DNA of 64,000 nt from an uncultured Acidobacteriota bacterium (GTDB lineage: Bacteria; Acidobacteriota; UBA6911; RPQK01; JAPXNP01), in NCBI GenBank assembly GCA_963777605.1, contig CAVZRV010000010.1, positions 64,001-128,000 on the forward strand, in the 5' to 3' direction. Under the pieces are notes generated by a model. It did not search any database. It was not told the DNA's origin and was given only the letters and a program-made list of their open reading frames with translations. Shown here one piece after another: positions 1-9,053 of the stretch. Position 1 is the first letter of the stretch. Each line of letters starts with the position of its first letter. The position numbers and the translations under genes are program-made.

Positions 1-82
1 TCGATTCGGATACCTCGAACCGGGATCTGATGAGAGAATCTACTGGACGGTTTGACGGAGGCGTGGTCCTGGAGAGTCCAGA

Positions 83-2128
83 TTGAGTGAGTCAAGAGCG
101 GGGATTGGAAAGCTGGGCCTGAGGGAAGTATCCGTCGCCCTGGCCCTGGTGCTGGGGCTGGTCTTCCTGCACTGGGCATTCCTCGAAGAAATGGATGCCC
201 TTGCTTTCGACTTCGCCCTGCGATTGCGTGGCCCTCAGGCGCCGGATGCCCGGATTGTCATCGTTGGCGTTGACGAGCCCAGCCTGGAGAAGGTAGGTCC
301 CTGGCCCTGGGCACCGGAGACGATATCCCGACTCCTGGCCGAGATCGACTCCGCCCGCCCGTTGGCGATCGGGATCGACCTGATCCTCACCCACCCACTC
401 GACGATTATCCGATTCTCAAATCACTGGATCATACGGTGGTTGCAGGTGTGCTGGAAACCGGCAGGGGGACGGGGCGCCAGGACCTTAGGTGGAAAGAAC
501 CCGATCTTTCCGGCCGGGACGGGGGAATTGCGGTCGGTCACATTCATGCTGGAAAGGATGCCGACGGGGTCTGCCGGTCCCTTCCGCTCGTTGTGCGTGC
601 CGGGGGGAAAGAACGCTGGGCCTTTGCCGTCGAACTGGCACGAACGGTTCTCGGTGTCTCTGCGGACCGGGTTCGCTTCGATGGGGATCGGCTGCGTATC
701 GGGGCCCAGGTCGCCATCCCCCGCCTCAGCGTCCCCATTGACCAGGCAGTCGATTCGGCAGTGGTTCTCTCCAGCTTTCGAGGGGATCACATGCTGATCA
801 ACCCGCGCGGCGACACATACACGTTTCCGCATTTCCCGGCGGCTGCCGTTCTCGCCGGCGACCCCGAAACACTCAAGAGCCTCCGGGGACGAATCGTGCT
901 CGTCGGCGCCTCGGCGTACTCACTCGGAGATCACTTGTCGACCCCGTTCACCGGCCCCAGCGAAATGCCCGGCATCGAGATTCACGCCAACGCCCTCGAC
1001 ACGATACTCGACCAGCGCTTTCTGGACGCCCTGGTCGAACCCTGGCTCACGGTCTTTCTGGTCGTCCTGGCGCTGGCGGTCTGGGTAGTCCTGGCCATCT
1101 GGCCGCGCGCCCGAACGCTTTCCCTCTTCCTGGTTCTGGTCGGGGCTGCTGCCGCTGTGCCTCTGATCCTGTTCCTGGTTGCCGACTACTGGATACCCGT
1201 AGTGTCAACGACCGCCGTTGTCCTGGTTTCCGGAACGACCAGCCAGTTCCTCAATTACTCCCGACTCAACCGGCAGCTCAACCAGCGCTACCGGGAACTC
1301 TCGTCGCTCCTGGCCGATTCCCGCCCGGGGCTGCAGTCGATTGCCGACGCCGCCGCTTATCCAAGCAGGAGCGTGGAGTGGAAGCTCCACCTCATTGGAG
1401 AAGCCAGTGAAGCGGCGCTTCGCCTCTCCAAGGAACGAAGCGAAATGACCTCGTTCGTCAGCCACGAGCTCAAGACTCCCCTGACTTCGATCCAGGGCTT
1501 TGCTGAACTGCTCGAGCAACCCAGCCTGCTTTCCGAGGACGACCGAACCGAGGCAGCTCGCACGATTCGCGCCGAGTCGATCCGACTGTCCAAAATGGTG
1601 ACCGACTTCCTCCAGCTTTCACGGCTCGAGCACCAGGCAATCCGGGTGAAGAGAGAACCTGTCCCGATCTCCAAAGTACTGGCTCGGGCCGCTGGAATTC
1701 TGGACAGCCAGCTCCAAACCAGGAGAATGAAGTTGCGCGGAATTGAGGAGGTCCCCGAGACTGCGGTCCTCGGCGACCCGGATCTGTTGACCCAGGTCTT
1801 CCTGAACCTGCTTGGAAATGCCGTCAAGTTCAGTCCCCAGGAGACCATCGTCGAGGTCGCCTCCCGGGTTGAGGCCGGACGATGTCTGGTGATGATATCC
1901 GACCAGGGACCGGGAATCCCGCCGGAAGACCTGCCCCGGCTGTTCCAGAAGTTTTTCCGCGGGCGGGCGGATTCCGATGACACCGTCACAGGTTCTGGTC
2001 TGGGACTTGCATTCGTAAAGGAGGTGGTGACCCAGCATAGAGGATTGGTTGAGGTAAAGAGCCACGTGGGGAAGGGATCGATCTTCACGGTAACGCTCCC
2101 CATCGCGGCTTCAGGATCGGTAAAATGA
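83..2128 (+). CDS. CHASE2-domain sensor histidine kinase
   Basis: CHASE2 motifs (IVIVGVDEPSL, GPWPW, IGIDL, DADGVCR, MPGIEIHANALDTIL), three TM helices, HisKA H-box SHELKTPLTSI, N-box NLLGNAVKFS, G-boxes DQGPGI and GSGLGL. Confidence 0.92.
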   Translation: MSESRAGIGKLGLREVSVALALVLGLVFLHWAFLEEMDALAFDFALRLRGPQAPDARIVIVGVDEPSLEKVGPWPWAPETISRLLAEIDSARPLAIGIDLILTHPLDDYPILKSLDHTVVAGVLETGRGTGRQDLRWKEPDLSGRDGGIAVGHIHAGKDADGVCRSLPLVVRAGGKERWAFAVELARTVLGVSADRVRFDGDRLRIGAQVAIPRLSVPIDQAVDSAVVLSSFRGDHMLINPRGDTYTFPHFPAAAVLAGDPETLKSLRGRIVLVGASAYSLGDHLSTPFTGPSEMPGIEIHANALDTILDQRFLDALVEPWLTVFLVVLALAVWVVLAIWPRARTLSLFLVLVGAAAAVPLILFLVADYWIPVVSTTAVVLVSGTTSQFLNYSRLNRQLNQRYRELSSLLADSRPGLQSIADAAAYPSRSVEWKLHLIGEASEAALRLSKERSEMTSFVSHELKTPLTSIQGFAELLEQPSLLSEDDRTEAARTIRAESIRLSKMVTDFLQLSRLEHQAIRVKREPVPISKVLARAAGILDSQLQTRRMKLRGIEEVPETAVLGDPDLLTQVFLNLLGNAVKFSPQETIVEVASRVEAGRCLVMISDQGPGIPPEDLPRLFQKFFRGRADSDDTVTGSGLGLAFVKEVVTQHRGLVEVKSHVGKGSIFTVTLPIAASGSVK

Positions 2129-3471
2129 CCCAGATGAGTTCGAGCATCCTCGTTGTTGAGGACGATTTATCCACCTCGAAAATGGTAGTGATGGCGTTGA
2201 AGTCCGCCGGCTACGAGGCCGTACCGGCGCGTAGCTGCAGGGAGGCGCGTCGAGCGCTCGATGAGCGCGATTTCGACCTCCTGCTATGCGATCTGTACCT
2301 GACCGACGGAAACGGGCTCGAGATCCTCCGCGAAACCCGCAGCCTGCGCGATGCCCAGCCTGTCGTCATGTTCACGGCCCAGGGCACGGTCGAGACTGCC
2401 GTCGAGGCGATTCAAGAGGGTGCCTTTGACTACCTCGCGAAACCGTTCAAGATCCAGGATCTTCTTGGCCTCGTCCGTAAGGCACTGGAATCGGTCGACC
2501 GGACGGAGGGGGACGAGCAACCCCGGGAAGCCGAGGTCAGACCGACCATGTTGATCGGCAACAGCCCGCCCATGGTAGAGCTCTACAAGAAGATCGCGCT
2601 CGCGGCCCGGAGCGATTCACCGATTCTGATAACCGGGGAAACCGGGACTGGGAAAGAGCTCGTGGCCCGAAGCCTCCACCAGTTCAGTGCCCGGCGAAGC
2701 CGTCCTTTTGTACCGGTAAATTGCGGCGCCCTGACCGAAACACTCCTCGAGTCGGAATTGTTCGGGCACGAGAGGGGGTCCTTCACGGGAGCTTTTGCAT
2801 CCCGCAAGGGGCTCTTCGAGCAGGCGCAAGGGGGCACCCTGCTGCTCGACGAAATTACCGAGACCAGTCCCGGATTCCAGGTCAAGCTCCTGCGCGCTCT
2901 CCAGGAAGGAGAAGTCCGCCCGGTTGGCGGCAACCGCCTCGTGGAAGTAGACGTCAGAGTCGTGGCCGCGAGCAACCGGGACCTCGAAGGCGAGATGCTT
3001 CAGGGCAAGTTCCGCAAAGACCTCTTCTACAGGCTCAGCGTGGTGCATCTACTGGTTCCGCCACTTCGCGAGCGTGCTGACGATATCCCTCAACTGGCCG
3101 ATCATTTTCTCCGCGCGATCTCGGTCCGGCTGGAGCGGAAGCTGAAACTCGGCGAGGACGCAATTCAGGTCTTGCAGCGCTACTCCTGGCCGGGAAACGT
3201 ACGGGAACTCGAGAACGTGATCGAACGCGTAGCGGTTCTCAAGACGGACGCACTGATCAGCGGCGACGACTTCCATTTTCTCAAGTGTTCCAACGCCGAC
3301 AGCGACCTCAACCTGAACGAACTCAACCTTGTTGAACGCGATAAGATCATCGAAATCATGCGGGAATCTCGAGGAAACAAGACCGAAGCGGCCCGCAGGC
3401 TGGGTATTGAGCGAAAATCGCTTTACAGGAAGGCCAAGAGGCTCGGAATCGATTTGGATGAGGCCGTCTAG
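2125..3471 (+). CDS. sigma54-dependent NtrC-family response regulator
   Basis: Receiver domain, Walker A GETGTGKE, ESELFGHERGSFTGA, WPGNVRELEN, C-terminal Fis HTH; ATGA-type overlap with the kinase stop. Confidence 0.95.
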   Translation: MTQMSSSILVVEDDLSTSKMVVMALKSAGYEAVPARSCREARRALDERDFDLLLCDLYLTDGNGLEILRETRSLRDAQPVVMFTAQGTVETAVEAIQEGAFDYLAKPFKIQDLLGLVRKALESVDRTEGDEQPREAEVRPTMLIGNSPPMVELYKKIALAARSDSPILITGETGTGKELVARSLHQFSARRSRPFVPVNCGALTETLLESELFGHERGSFTGAFASRKGLFEQAQGGTLLLDEITETSPGFQVKLLRALQEGEVRPVGGNRLVEVDVRVVAASNRDLEGEMLQGKFRKDLFYRLSVVHLLVPPLRERADDIPQLADHFLRAISVRLERKLKLGEDAIQVLQRYSWPGNVRELENVIERVAVLKTDALISGDDFHFLKCSNADSDLNLNELNLVERDKIIEIMRESRGNKTEAARRLGIERKSLYRKAKRLGIDLDEAV

Positions 3472-3650
3472 TGTGTCTGTTTGACCCGGCAGTGGGTCCA
3501 AACGGCCCGCCGCGCAGAGTCCGCGAACTTTTTGAGAGACAATAACCGGGCCTCTTGATAAACTTATGGCAACACGGAAGTATTGGAGAATCTTCACATC
3601 CCGGGCGGGTGCTTCGGAACGCCGGGGGAACGGTTTCGGGCGCGAGCGAC

Positions 3651-3666
3651 CGGCACGAGATGTGCT
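3651..3666 (+). promoter_or_regulatory. candidate sigma54 (-24/-12) promoter
   Basis: CGGCACGAGATGTGCT, GG-N10-GC spacing, just downstream of a sigma54 activator gene; unusually close to the GGAGG and ATG at 3682. Confidence 0.5.
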
Positions 3667-3681
3667 CTTTGGGAGGATGTG

Positions 3682-5130
3682 ATGAGGTCCAAAAGCAAAC
3701 TGACCGTCGGTCTCCTACTGGCGTGCCTGTTTTCAGGCAATGCCTTCCTGCGCGCGTCCCTCCAGGAAGGGCGAGGTGAGGATATCCACTTCCGAGGGCC
3801 GGTGCTGGCCCTGTCGCGTGATTCGTCCGACCGTACGGTACAGCTGACAATCAAAGTGAACCAGTCTCAAGTCCCGGTGGCTGTCACTGATTGGACCGAA
3901 GTCGTCCGTGGCCGTGGTTTTCTGGCGGCCCGCGAAGATATCCAGGTTGGCGATTTCTTGGAGATTGCAGGGTTCTTCTCGACCACGGGGAGAATCGTTG
4001 CTCAGCGCGTTCACATCGAGACTCAGGATGATATCGAACTGGAAGGCACCGTCGAGAATGTCTCGGGGAACCTCTTAAGAATCAGTGGAGTCGATTTCAT
4101 CGTTGACCCGGACACTTACGTTCACGCCGCCGGTGGTAGACCGTCGATTCTTCTTACGAGCATAGCTTTGGGAACACAAGCGAGAGTCCGGGGATCCGAG
4201 GACGGGGGGCTTTGGCTGGCGCGTGAAATCGAGGTAGGGCCGAGAACCGTCGAATCGGAACCGGTGCGCTTCAGCGGCAAGGTCGTCAAGATCGAGAGAC
4301 TCATCCAGAAGGACTATCTTCATGTGGATGTAGGGATACGCTCCGGCGGTGATGTGATTGCGGCCCAGGTCGTCCGGGACCAGCAAACACTGGTGCAAGG
4401 GACCATCCAGGTGGGTTCTTTCGTTGAAGCCGAGGCCAGATTTATGCCCGGGTCGTCGCAGTTGCAGGCTGTGCGTATTGCTGTTGATCTCAACGGGAAT
4501 GGGAATAGCTTCGATGATGTGGGTACTGATGGCCCCGCATCGATTGTGGAAATAAAAGGCACTTTGCACGGACTCTCTGCGCCGACTGCAGGATCCGTGA
4601 CCTTTTTCCTGAATGAGACTCAGATCCGGGTTCAGAGTGGGACTGCTCTTGAATTCGAAAATGGTCAGTCGGCAACCCTCGCCCAGCTTCAGGAAGGTGC
4701 GGAGGTCTGGGTGTTAGGCACACTCGGTCAGGATGGTTCTGTCATCGCGACCAGGATCGTAATTCGAGGCGAGAACGGAAATAGCCAAGGCAACCCGGAC
4801 CCAGGCGACCCTGGGAGTGGTGGCGGATCTGGTGATGACAACGGCAATGGCAGTGGTGGTGACGACCCTGGTCACGAGGGATCGACTCAGCCGGTAGACC
4901 TGGATGGAGTCATTACGAGTGTCAGTCGATTGGGCGGCAGTTTGTCAGTCAAAAGCTTCGAACTGGACGGCAAAACCGTGGTGATCGTTGAAACAACCGT
5001 GATCCAGGGTGAGGAGTCGGAAGTCCTGCCCAGTTCGATTCTCGAAGTGGGCATTCGAGTCAAAGTGAAGGGAGAGGAACAATCAAACGGGTCCATCGTG
5101 GCAACCAGAATCGAGCTAGTAGAGTCTTAG
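3682..5130 (+). CDS. secreted DUF5666-repeat protein
   Basis: ATG at 3682 after GGAGG; signal peptide; five repeats of the pattern G-x-V...T...L/IxxGxxVxVxG...A-x-R/E-I; Gly/Asp-rich linker. Confidence 0.75.
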   Translation: MRSKSKLTVGLLLACLFSGNAFLRASLQEGRGEDIHFRGPVLALSRDSSDRTVQLTIKVNQSQVPVAVTDWTEVVRGRGFLAAREDIQVGDFLEIAGFFSTTGRIVAQRVHIETQDDIELEGTVENVSGNLLRISGVDFIVDPDTYVHAAGGRPSILLTSIALGTQARVRGSEDGGLWLAREIEVGPRTVESEPVRFSGKVVKIERLIQKDYLHVDVGIRSGGDVIAAQVVRDQQTLVQGTIQVGSFVEAEARFMPGSSQLQAVRIAVDLNGNGNSFDDVGTDGPASIVEIKGTLHGLSAPTAGSVTFFLNETQIRVQSGTALEFENGQSATLAQLQEGAEVWVLGTLGQDGSVIATRIVIRGENGNSQGNPDPGDPGSGGGSGDDNGNGSGGDDPGHEGSTQPVDLDGVITSVSRLGGSLSVKSFELDGKTVVIVETTVIQGEESEVLPSSILEVGIRVKVKGEEQSNGSIVATRIELVES

Positions 5131-5173
5131 GTCTCTGAACGTGGGGCCATGTGAGCGCTGGGGGATCAGCTCA

Positions 5174-7246
5174 ATGTTACCGGCAATAAACCACTTCTCT
5201 GATCGGGCCGTCTCCGGCGGCACCGGCTGGAGTGTGACCGTGAGGGTGGGATCGTACTCGATCGCCGCCGCGGTTGTGGTGTGCCTGCTGTCGTTCTTCG
5301 CGGCGCTCCCGGTCTCGGCCCAGGTTCGGCGGGTCGCGCTCCAAGTCGGGGAAGCCCAGGTACTCGAGGTCCGGGGGGACGTGCAGCAGATCCGATCGAT
5401 TCAGGGGGTCAGTTCCAGTAATCCCCTTCCCGCGGGTGCCGTCGTCACGGCGGGCGAACGCCTCAAGTCGGGCCCCGACGGCTATGCCCTGCTCGGCCTT
5501 GTCGACGGGAGCAGTATCGAACTGCGGCCCGCAACCGAACTCGAAATCCTCGATTTCAGCGGCGGAGTCCGCCAGTTGTTCAAAATCTGGCTGGGCAAGG
5601 TTCGAATCAAGATCCGCAAGCTGATCGGTGCCCCCAACCCCTACCAGATGCACTCCCCGATCGCGACGATCGGCGTGCGCGGCACCGAGTTCGAAATTGC
5701 CGTTCAACAGAATGAGGTCACAACGGTTCGGGTATTCGAGGGCCTCGTTTCGGTCAAGAACACCCAGATCCAGAAGAGCGAAGTCTTGGTAGGCCCCGGG
5801 CGCGAGGTCACCATATATCCACTTCGTCCTCCCGAGCCCCCGGTTACCTTTGAACAGGTTGTGGCGGAGAACTTCAGTCGCGAGTCGGCAGTCGAGCAGC
5901 CGTTGCTGGAGAAGTTCCAGGCCTTCCCCGACCCCCAGCTCGACCTGGTAGAAAACCCTGCCTACGCGTCGATGATCGTCCGTCCCTCTGGGCGCTTTTA
6001 CCTGTTTCCGGCATATTCCCAGGCATTCTCCAGTCCCGAGATCTCCCTGATGAGTCCGGTTGGGCGATTTGTGGACCTGAAGGAGCTTTTCGCCACGGAT
6101 GAGCGGCGCCTGCAGGGGGTTTCGTCCCGTGTTTCCTACGTTTATCCGTTCGACCGGTGGATCCTCGGCGGAGTTTACGAGTTTCGGGGGACCGGCCAGG
6201 ACTTCGACTTTCGTATCTCGCGCCAAATCCCTTCGGCCTTCGGCGGGGACGTCACGATCCAGCAGGTGGGAAGCAGCCAGTTCGCTCCCAACCTGAACTC
6301 GTCCAACCGGTCGAACCGGGCCGTTTTCGTGGCTGCCCGGCGTTTCACCGGTCGGACACTGGCATTTTCCTACGACTGGGTTCACTCCGGGGGGGACCTT
6401 TCCACGCTGTACGAATTCAAGCCCCAGGGGATGCTCCTCAGTAACGAGGAAACCCACGCCCTCTTTTCAACCGATCAGAAACGGTTGACAGTCGGATATA
6501 CCGTAGAGAACGACAACATCGGATCGGTTGGCGTCCTCTATCGGCTCGGGGCCATCAACAGCTCCACGAACCAGGATTACCACCAACTGAACGGCGATCT
6601 GGCCAACCTGGCCGGCTTTCAGTCGAGCGGCTACAGCCACGAAATCGGGGCCCGCTGGAGAAAGCGGCTGCTTCCCAACCTTTATTTCTCCCTCAAGGGA
6701 GATTTGACTCGAACCGATCTCGACGAGGGCATCCGGCGTTTCCGGATCGCCGACTCCAGCCGTTCGATTCGATACTGGATACCGTCGATCGCTTCCGGCC
6801 TGGGATTCGATTGGCGAGAACGCCTCTTCCTGAGCCTGGACTACAAGTACTCGAACGTCCGCGAACACAGCATGCGTTGGGACCTCTTTGACAACCAACT
6901 CGTCAACAACGAGTCATTGAGCCGTCACAACCACGGTCTCCATCTCTGGGGCCAGTATCACCTCCCCCGCGGTTTCTTCGTGGGTGGCGGACTGAACTCA
7001 TTCTGGGCATCTGAGGCGCTGGCCGGCACTTACAACATCGATTCTTCTGGATTCCGGCTCGACGTCCAGGGTCGAGAGAGAGAACCTTTCATGATTGAAA
7101 GAGCCCGGGTTCACGTGGATCAGCTCGGCTTCAGCTTTGGCAAACGGTTTCGCGACCGGGTTTTTCTCGAATACCAGATCTCCCAGACCCGCGGTCCCAC
7201 TTTCGGCCCGTTCGGTCACAGTCTCCTGTTTCGATTCTCCTTCTAG
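5174..7246 (+). CDS. FecR-domain protein fused to a predicted outer-membrane beta-barrel
   Basis: Signal peptide; FecR-like segment (DGSSIELRPATEL...SPIATIGVRGTEF...VRVFEGLVSV); C-terminal amphipathic beta-strands ending LLFRFSF; start codon uncertain (5141, 5174 or a later GTG). Confidence 0.75.
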   Translation: MLPAINHFSDRAVSGGTGWSVTVRVGSYSIAAAVVVCLLSFFAALPVSAQVRRVALQVGEAQVLEVRGDVQQIRSIQGVSSSNPLPAGAVVTAGERLKSGPDGYALLGLVDGSSIELRPATELEILDFSGGVRQLFKIWLGKVRIKIRKLIGAPNPYQMHSPIATIGVRGTEFEIAVQQNEVTTVRVFEGLVSVKNTQIQKSEVLVGPGREVTIYPLRPPEPPVTFEQVVAENFSRESAVEQPLLEKFQAFPDPQLDLVENPAYASMIVRPSGRFYLFPAYSQAFSSPEISLMSPVGRFVDLKELFATDERRLQGVSSRVSYVYPFDRWILGGVYEFRGTGQDFDFRISRQIPSAFGGDVTIQQVGSSQFAPNLNSSNRSNRAVFVAARRFTGRTLAFSYDWVHSGGDLSTLYEFKPQGMLLSNEETHALFSTDQKRLTVGYTVENDNIGSVGVLYRLGAINSSTNQDYHQLNGDLANLAGFQSSGYSHEIGARWRKRLLPNLYFSLKGDLTRTDLDEGIRRFRIADSSRSIRYWIPSIASGLGFDWRERLFLSLDYKYSNVREHSMRWDLFDNQLVNNESLSRHNHGLHLWGQYHLPRGFFVGGGLNSFWASEALAGTYNIDSSGFRLDVQGREREPFMIERARVHVDQLGFSFGKRFRDRVFLEYQISQTRGPTFGPFGHSLLFRFSF

Positions 7247-7249
7247 CGA

Positions 7250-7987
7250 TCAGCGGATGCGTTTGGCAAGGTCTTTCGCCATGAACTCGGCCCAGTCGAG
7301 CCGAACCAACATGTTTTCACTTCCCAGGTCCTCGAGGCTGACCGTGTTCGTTGAACGAAAGAAGTAGTCGTCAACGAGTCTGGTCGCCTCGTCAATCTGC
7401 ACGCGGAGGAATTCGAACTCTCTCCGGAACCCGTCTGAGTTGTCTTCTGCTGAACGGACAAAATTAATCTTTTTGTCCCGTTTCAACCCTACAAACAGGG
7501 TCGACAATCGATCCGCGAGGTCGTCGGACCGATCGGCCAACCGTCGCAGGGTCGCCACCAGCGCAATGCGGGCCGGGGTTTTGTCCTGCGTTGAAGCCTT
7601 CATCCAGCGGTCTCGCAGCTTCGTGGCCATGTCAAAAGCCTCGTTCAGATCGGCCAACTTCCCTTCGATCTCCCTCAGGAAAGCATCGATCTGGTTGTCG
7701 ACAAAGCTCTCAACAAACTCGTCTACGGGAGGCTCTCGCTGATAACGGGGATAGAGCGCCCGGAAAAAATCTCTCAAGAGCGTGTTTTGACGGGCCGCCG
7801 GCAGAGCCTCTCCCTCAGATTCATCTCCGGAGGGTTCCCCTTTGGAATCCTGGGCCAGGCACGGGCTGAAGGGCAGGTGCACTATCCAGAGCCCCACCAG
7901 AATCGAAAAGAAGAGCCGGTAAAACCGAAAACGGGAATGCACCGCCTGGTTAGGCCGCAAACTGAGTCGTCTCATGAACAGGCTCAT
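7250..7987 (-). CDS. hypothetical exported alpha-helical protein
   Basis: 245 aa ORF with an N-terminal hydrophobic segment and helical composition; fills the gap between its neighbours. Confidence 0.6.
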   Translation of the reverse strand: MSLFMRRLSLRPNQAVHSRFRFYRLFFSILVGLWIVHLPFSPCLAQDSKGEPSGDESEGEALPAARQNTLLRDFFRALYPRYQREPPVDEFVESFVDNQIDAFLREIEGKLADLNEAFDMATKLRDRWMKASTQDKTPARIALVATLRRLADRSDDLADRLSTLFVGLKRDKKINFVRSAEDNSDGFRREFEFLRVQIDEATRLVDDYFFRSTNTVSLEDLGSENMLVRLDWAEFMAKDLAKRIR

Positions 7988-8053
7988 CGTTCTAACAGAG
8001 TTCCCGCGAATGGCGCGGGGTCTCGCAGATCTCTATCGTAACTCACTCCGGTC

Positions 8054-8872
8054 TCAGATGCCGCGGAGAAATATCCAGAGGATCGCGATCGACAGCAGAA
8101 ACCGGTAGAGAACGAACGGAAGGAAACTGCGCGTTTTCAGGAACTGAAGGAGGTACTTGATACAGGCGAACCCAACCACGAAGGAAGTAACCACACCGAT
8201 GACCACGCCGGCCGGAGTCAGACCCTCGGCCCCATTGCCGAGCACCAGGTTGAGAGCCCCGTCAAGGGCGCCGAGCGCAATGATCGGGCCGGCCAGCAGG
8301 AACGACAGCCGGGCCGATTCAGCGCGGGAGTAACCAAGAAACAGCGCCGCAGTGATGGTGATTCCGGAGCGGCTCACACCCGGGATGAGGGCCAGTGACT
8401 GAGCCAGGCCGACCAGGAGGGCGTCCCTGAGGTCCACCTGGGCCACCGCCTTCTTACCTTTTCTGCGGTCTGCCACCAGCAGCAAAAACCCGAACACCGA
8501 AAGGGTCACAACGGTCACCATCGGGGTTCGAGCGTACTCTTCGATCGGGTCTCTGAAGATCAGAGCAACCACGATCGCAGGCAGTGTGGCGATCACCAAT
8601 GCGTCGAGCAGGGAGTTCGGACCACCCACCAGTTGCCGATTGCGAAGTCGGGTGAAGAATTCCTCCATAACTCCCTTCCAGTCCTCCCAAAAATAGATCA
8701 GGACGGCCAGCAGGGTACCTCCGTGAATGACCACGTCGAAGAGGATTCCCATGGGGACCCAGCCCAGCATCCACGGAATCAGAATGAGGTGAGCCGAGCT
8801 GCTGATCGGCAGAAACTCGGTCAGGCCCTGAAAGACACCCAGGATCATCGACTGCCAGAGAGGATCAAGCAT
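8054..8872 (-). CDS. uppP: undecaprenyl-diphosphate phosphatase
   Basis: QGLTEFLPISSSAHL and ALIPGVSRSGITI motifs; multiple TM helices. Confidence 0.97.
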   Translation of the reverse strand: MLDPLWQSMILGVFQGLTEFLPISSSAHLILIPWMLGWVPMGILFDVVIHGGTLLAVLIYFWEDWKGVMEEFFTRLRNRQLVGGPNSLLDALVIATLPAIVVALIFRDPIEEYARTPMVTVVTLSVFGFLLLVADRRKGKKAVAQVDLRDALLVGLAQSLALIPGVSRSGITITAALFLGYSRAESARLSFLLAGPIIALGALDGALNLVLGNGAEGLTPAGVVIGVVTSFVVGFACIKYLLQFLKTRSFLPFVLYRFLLSIAILWIFLRGI

Positions 8873-8958
8873 AGGCCCGCTATCTTAACCCAACCGTCTG
8901 CACAGAGCGGGTCGACTTCAGTGCCCCTTCTCCGGTTGAGTCGCTCGTCGGAGCGCGG

Positions 8959-8967
8959 TGCTATACT
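8959..8967 (+). promoter_or_regulatory. extended -10 promoter candidate for the guaA operon
   Basis: TGcTATACT about 90 nt upstream of guaA. Confidence 0.45.
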
Positions 8968-9053
8968 GCGGCTTGTTCCAGCGGCCGACTTTAGTCTTTC
9001 CGTGAGGCGGCCGTCCCCAAAGTGACTGGGCCATGCTCCGTTCGGAGAAACCA

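Noticed and set aside
8970-9053. Purine riboswitch ahead of guaA
   Set aside because: Only a short CGGCCG stem; purine aptamer core motifs are absent
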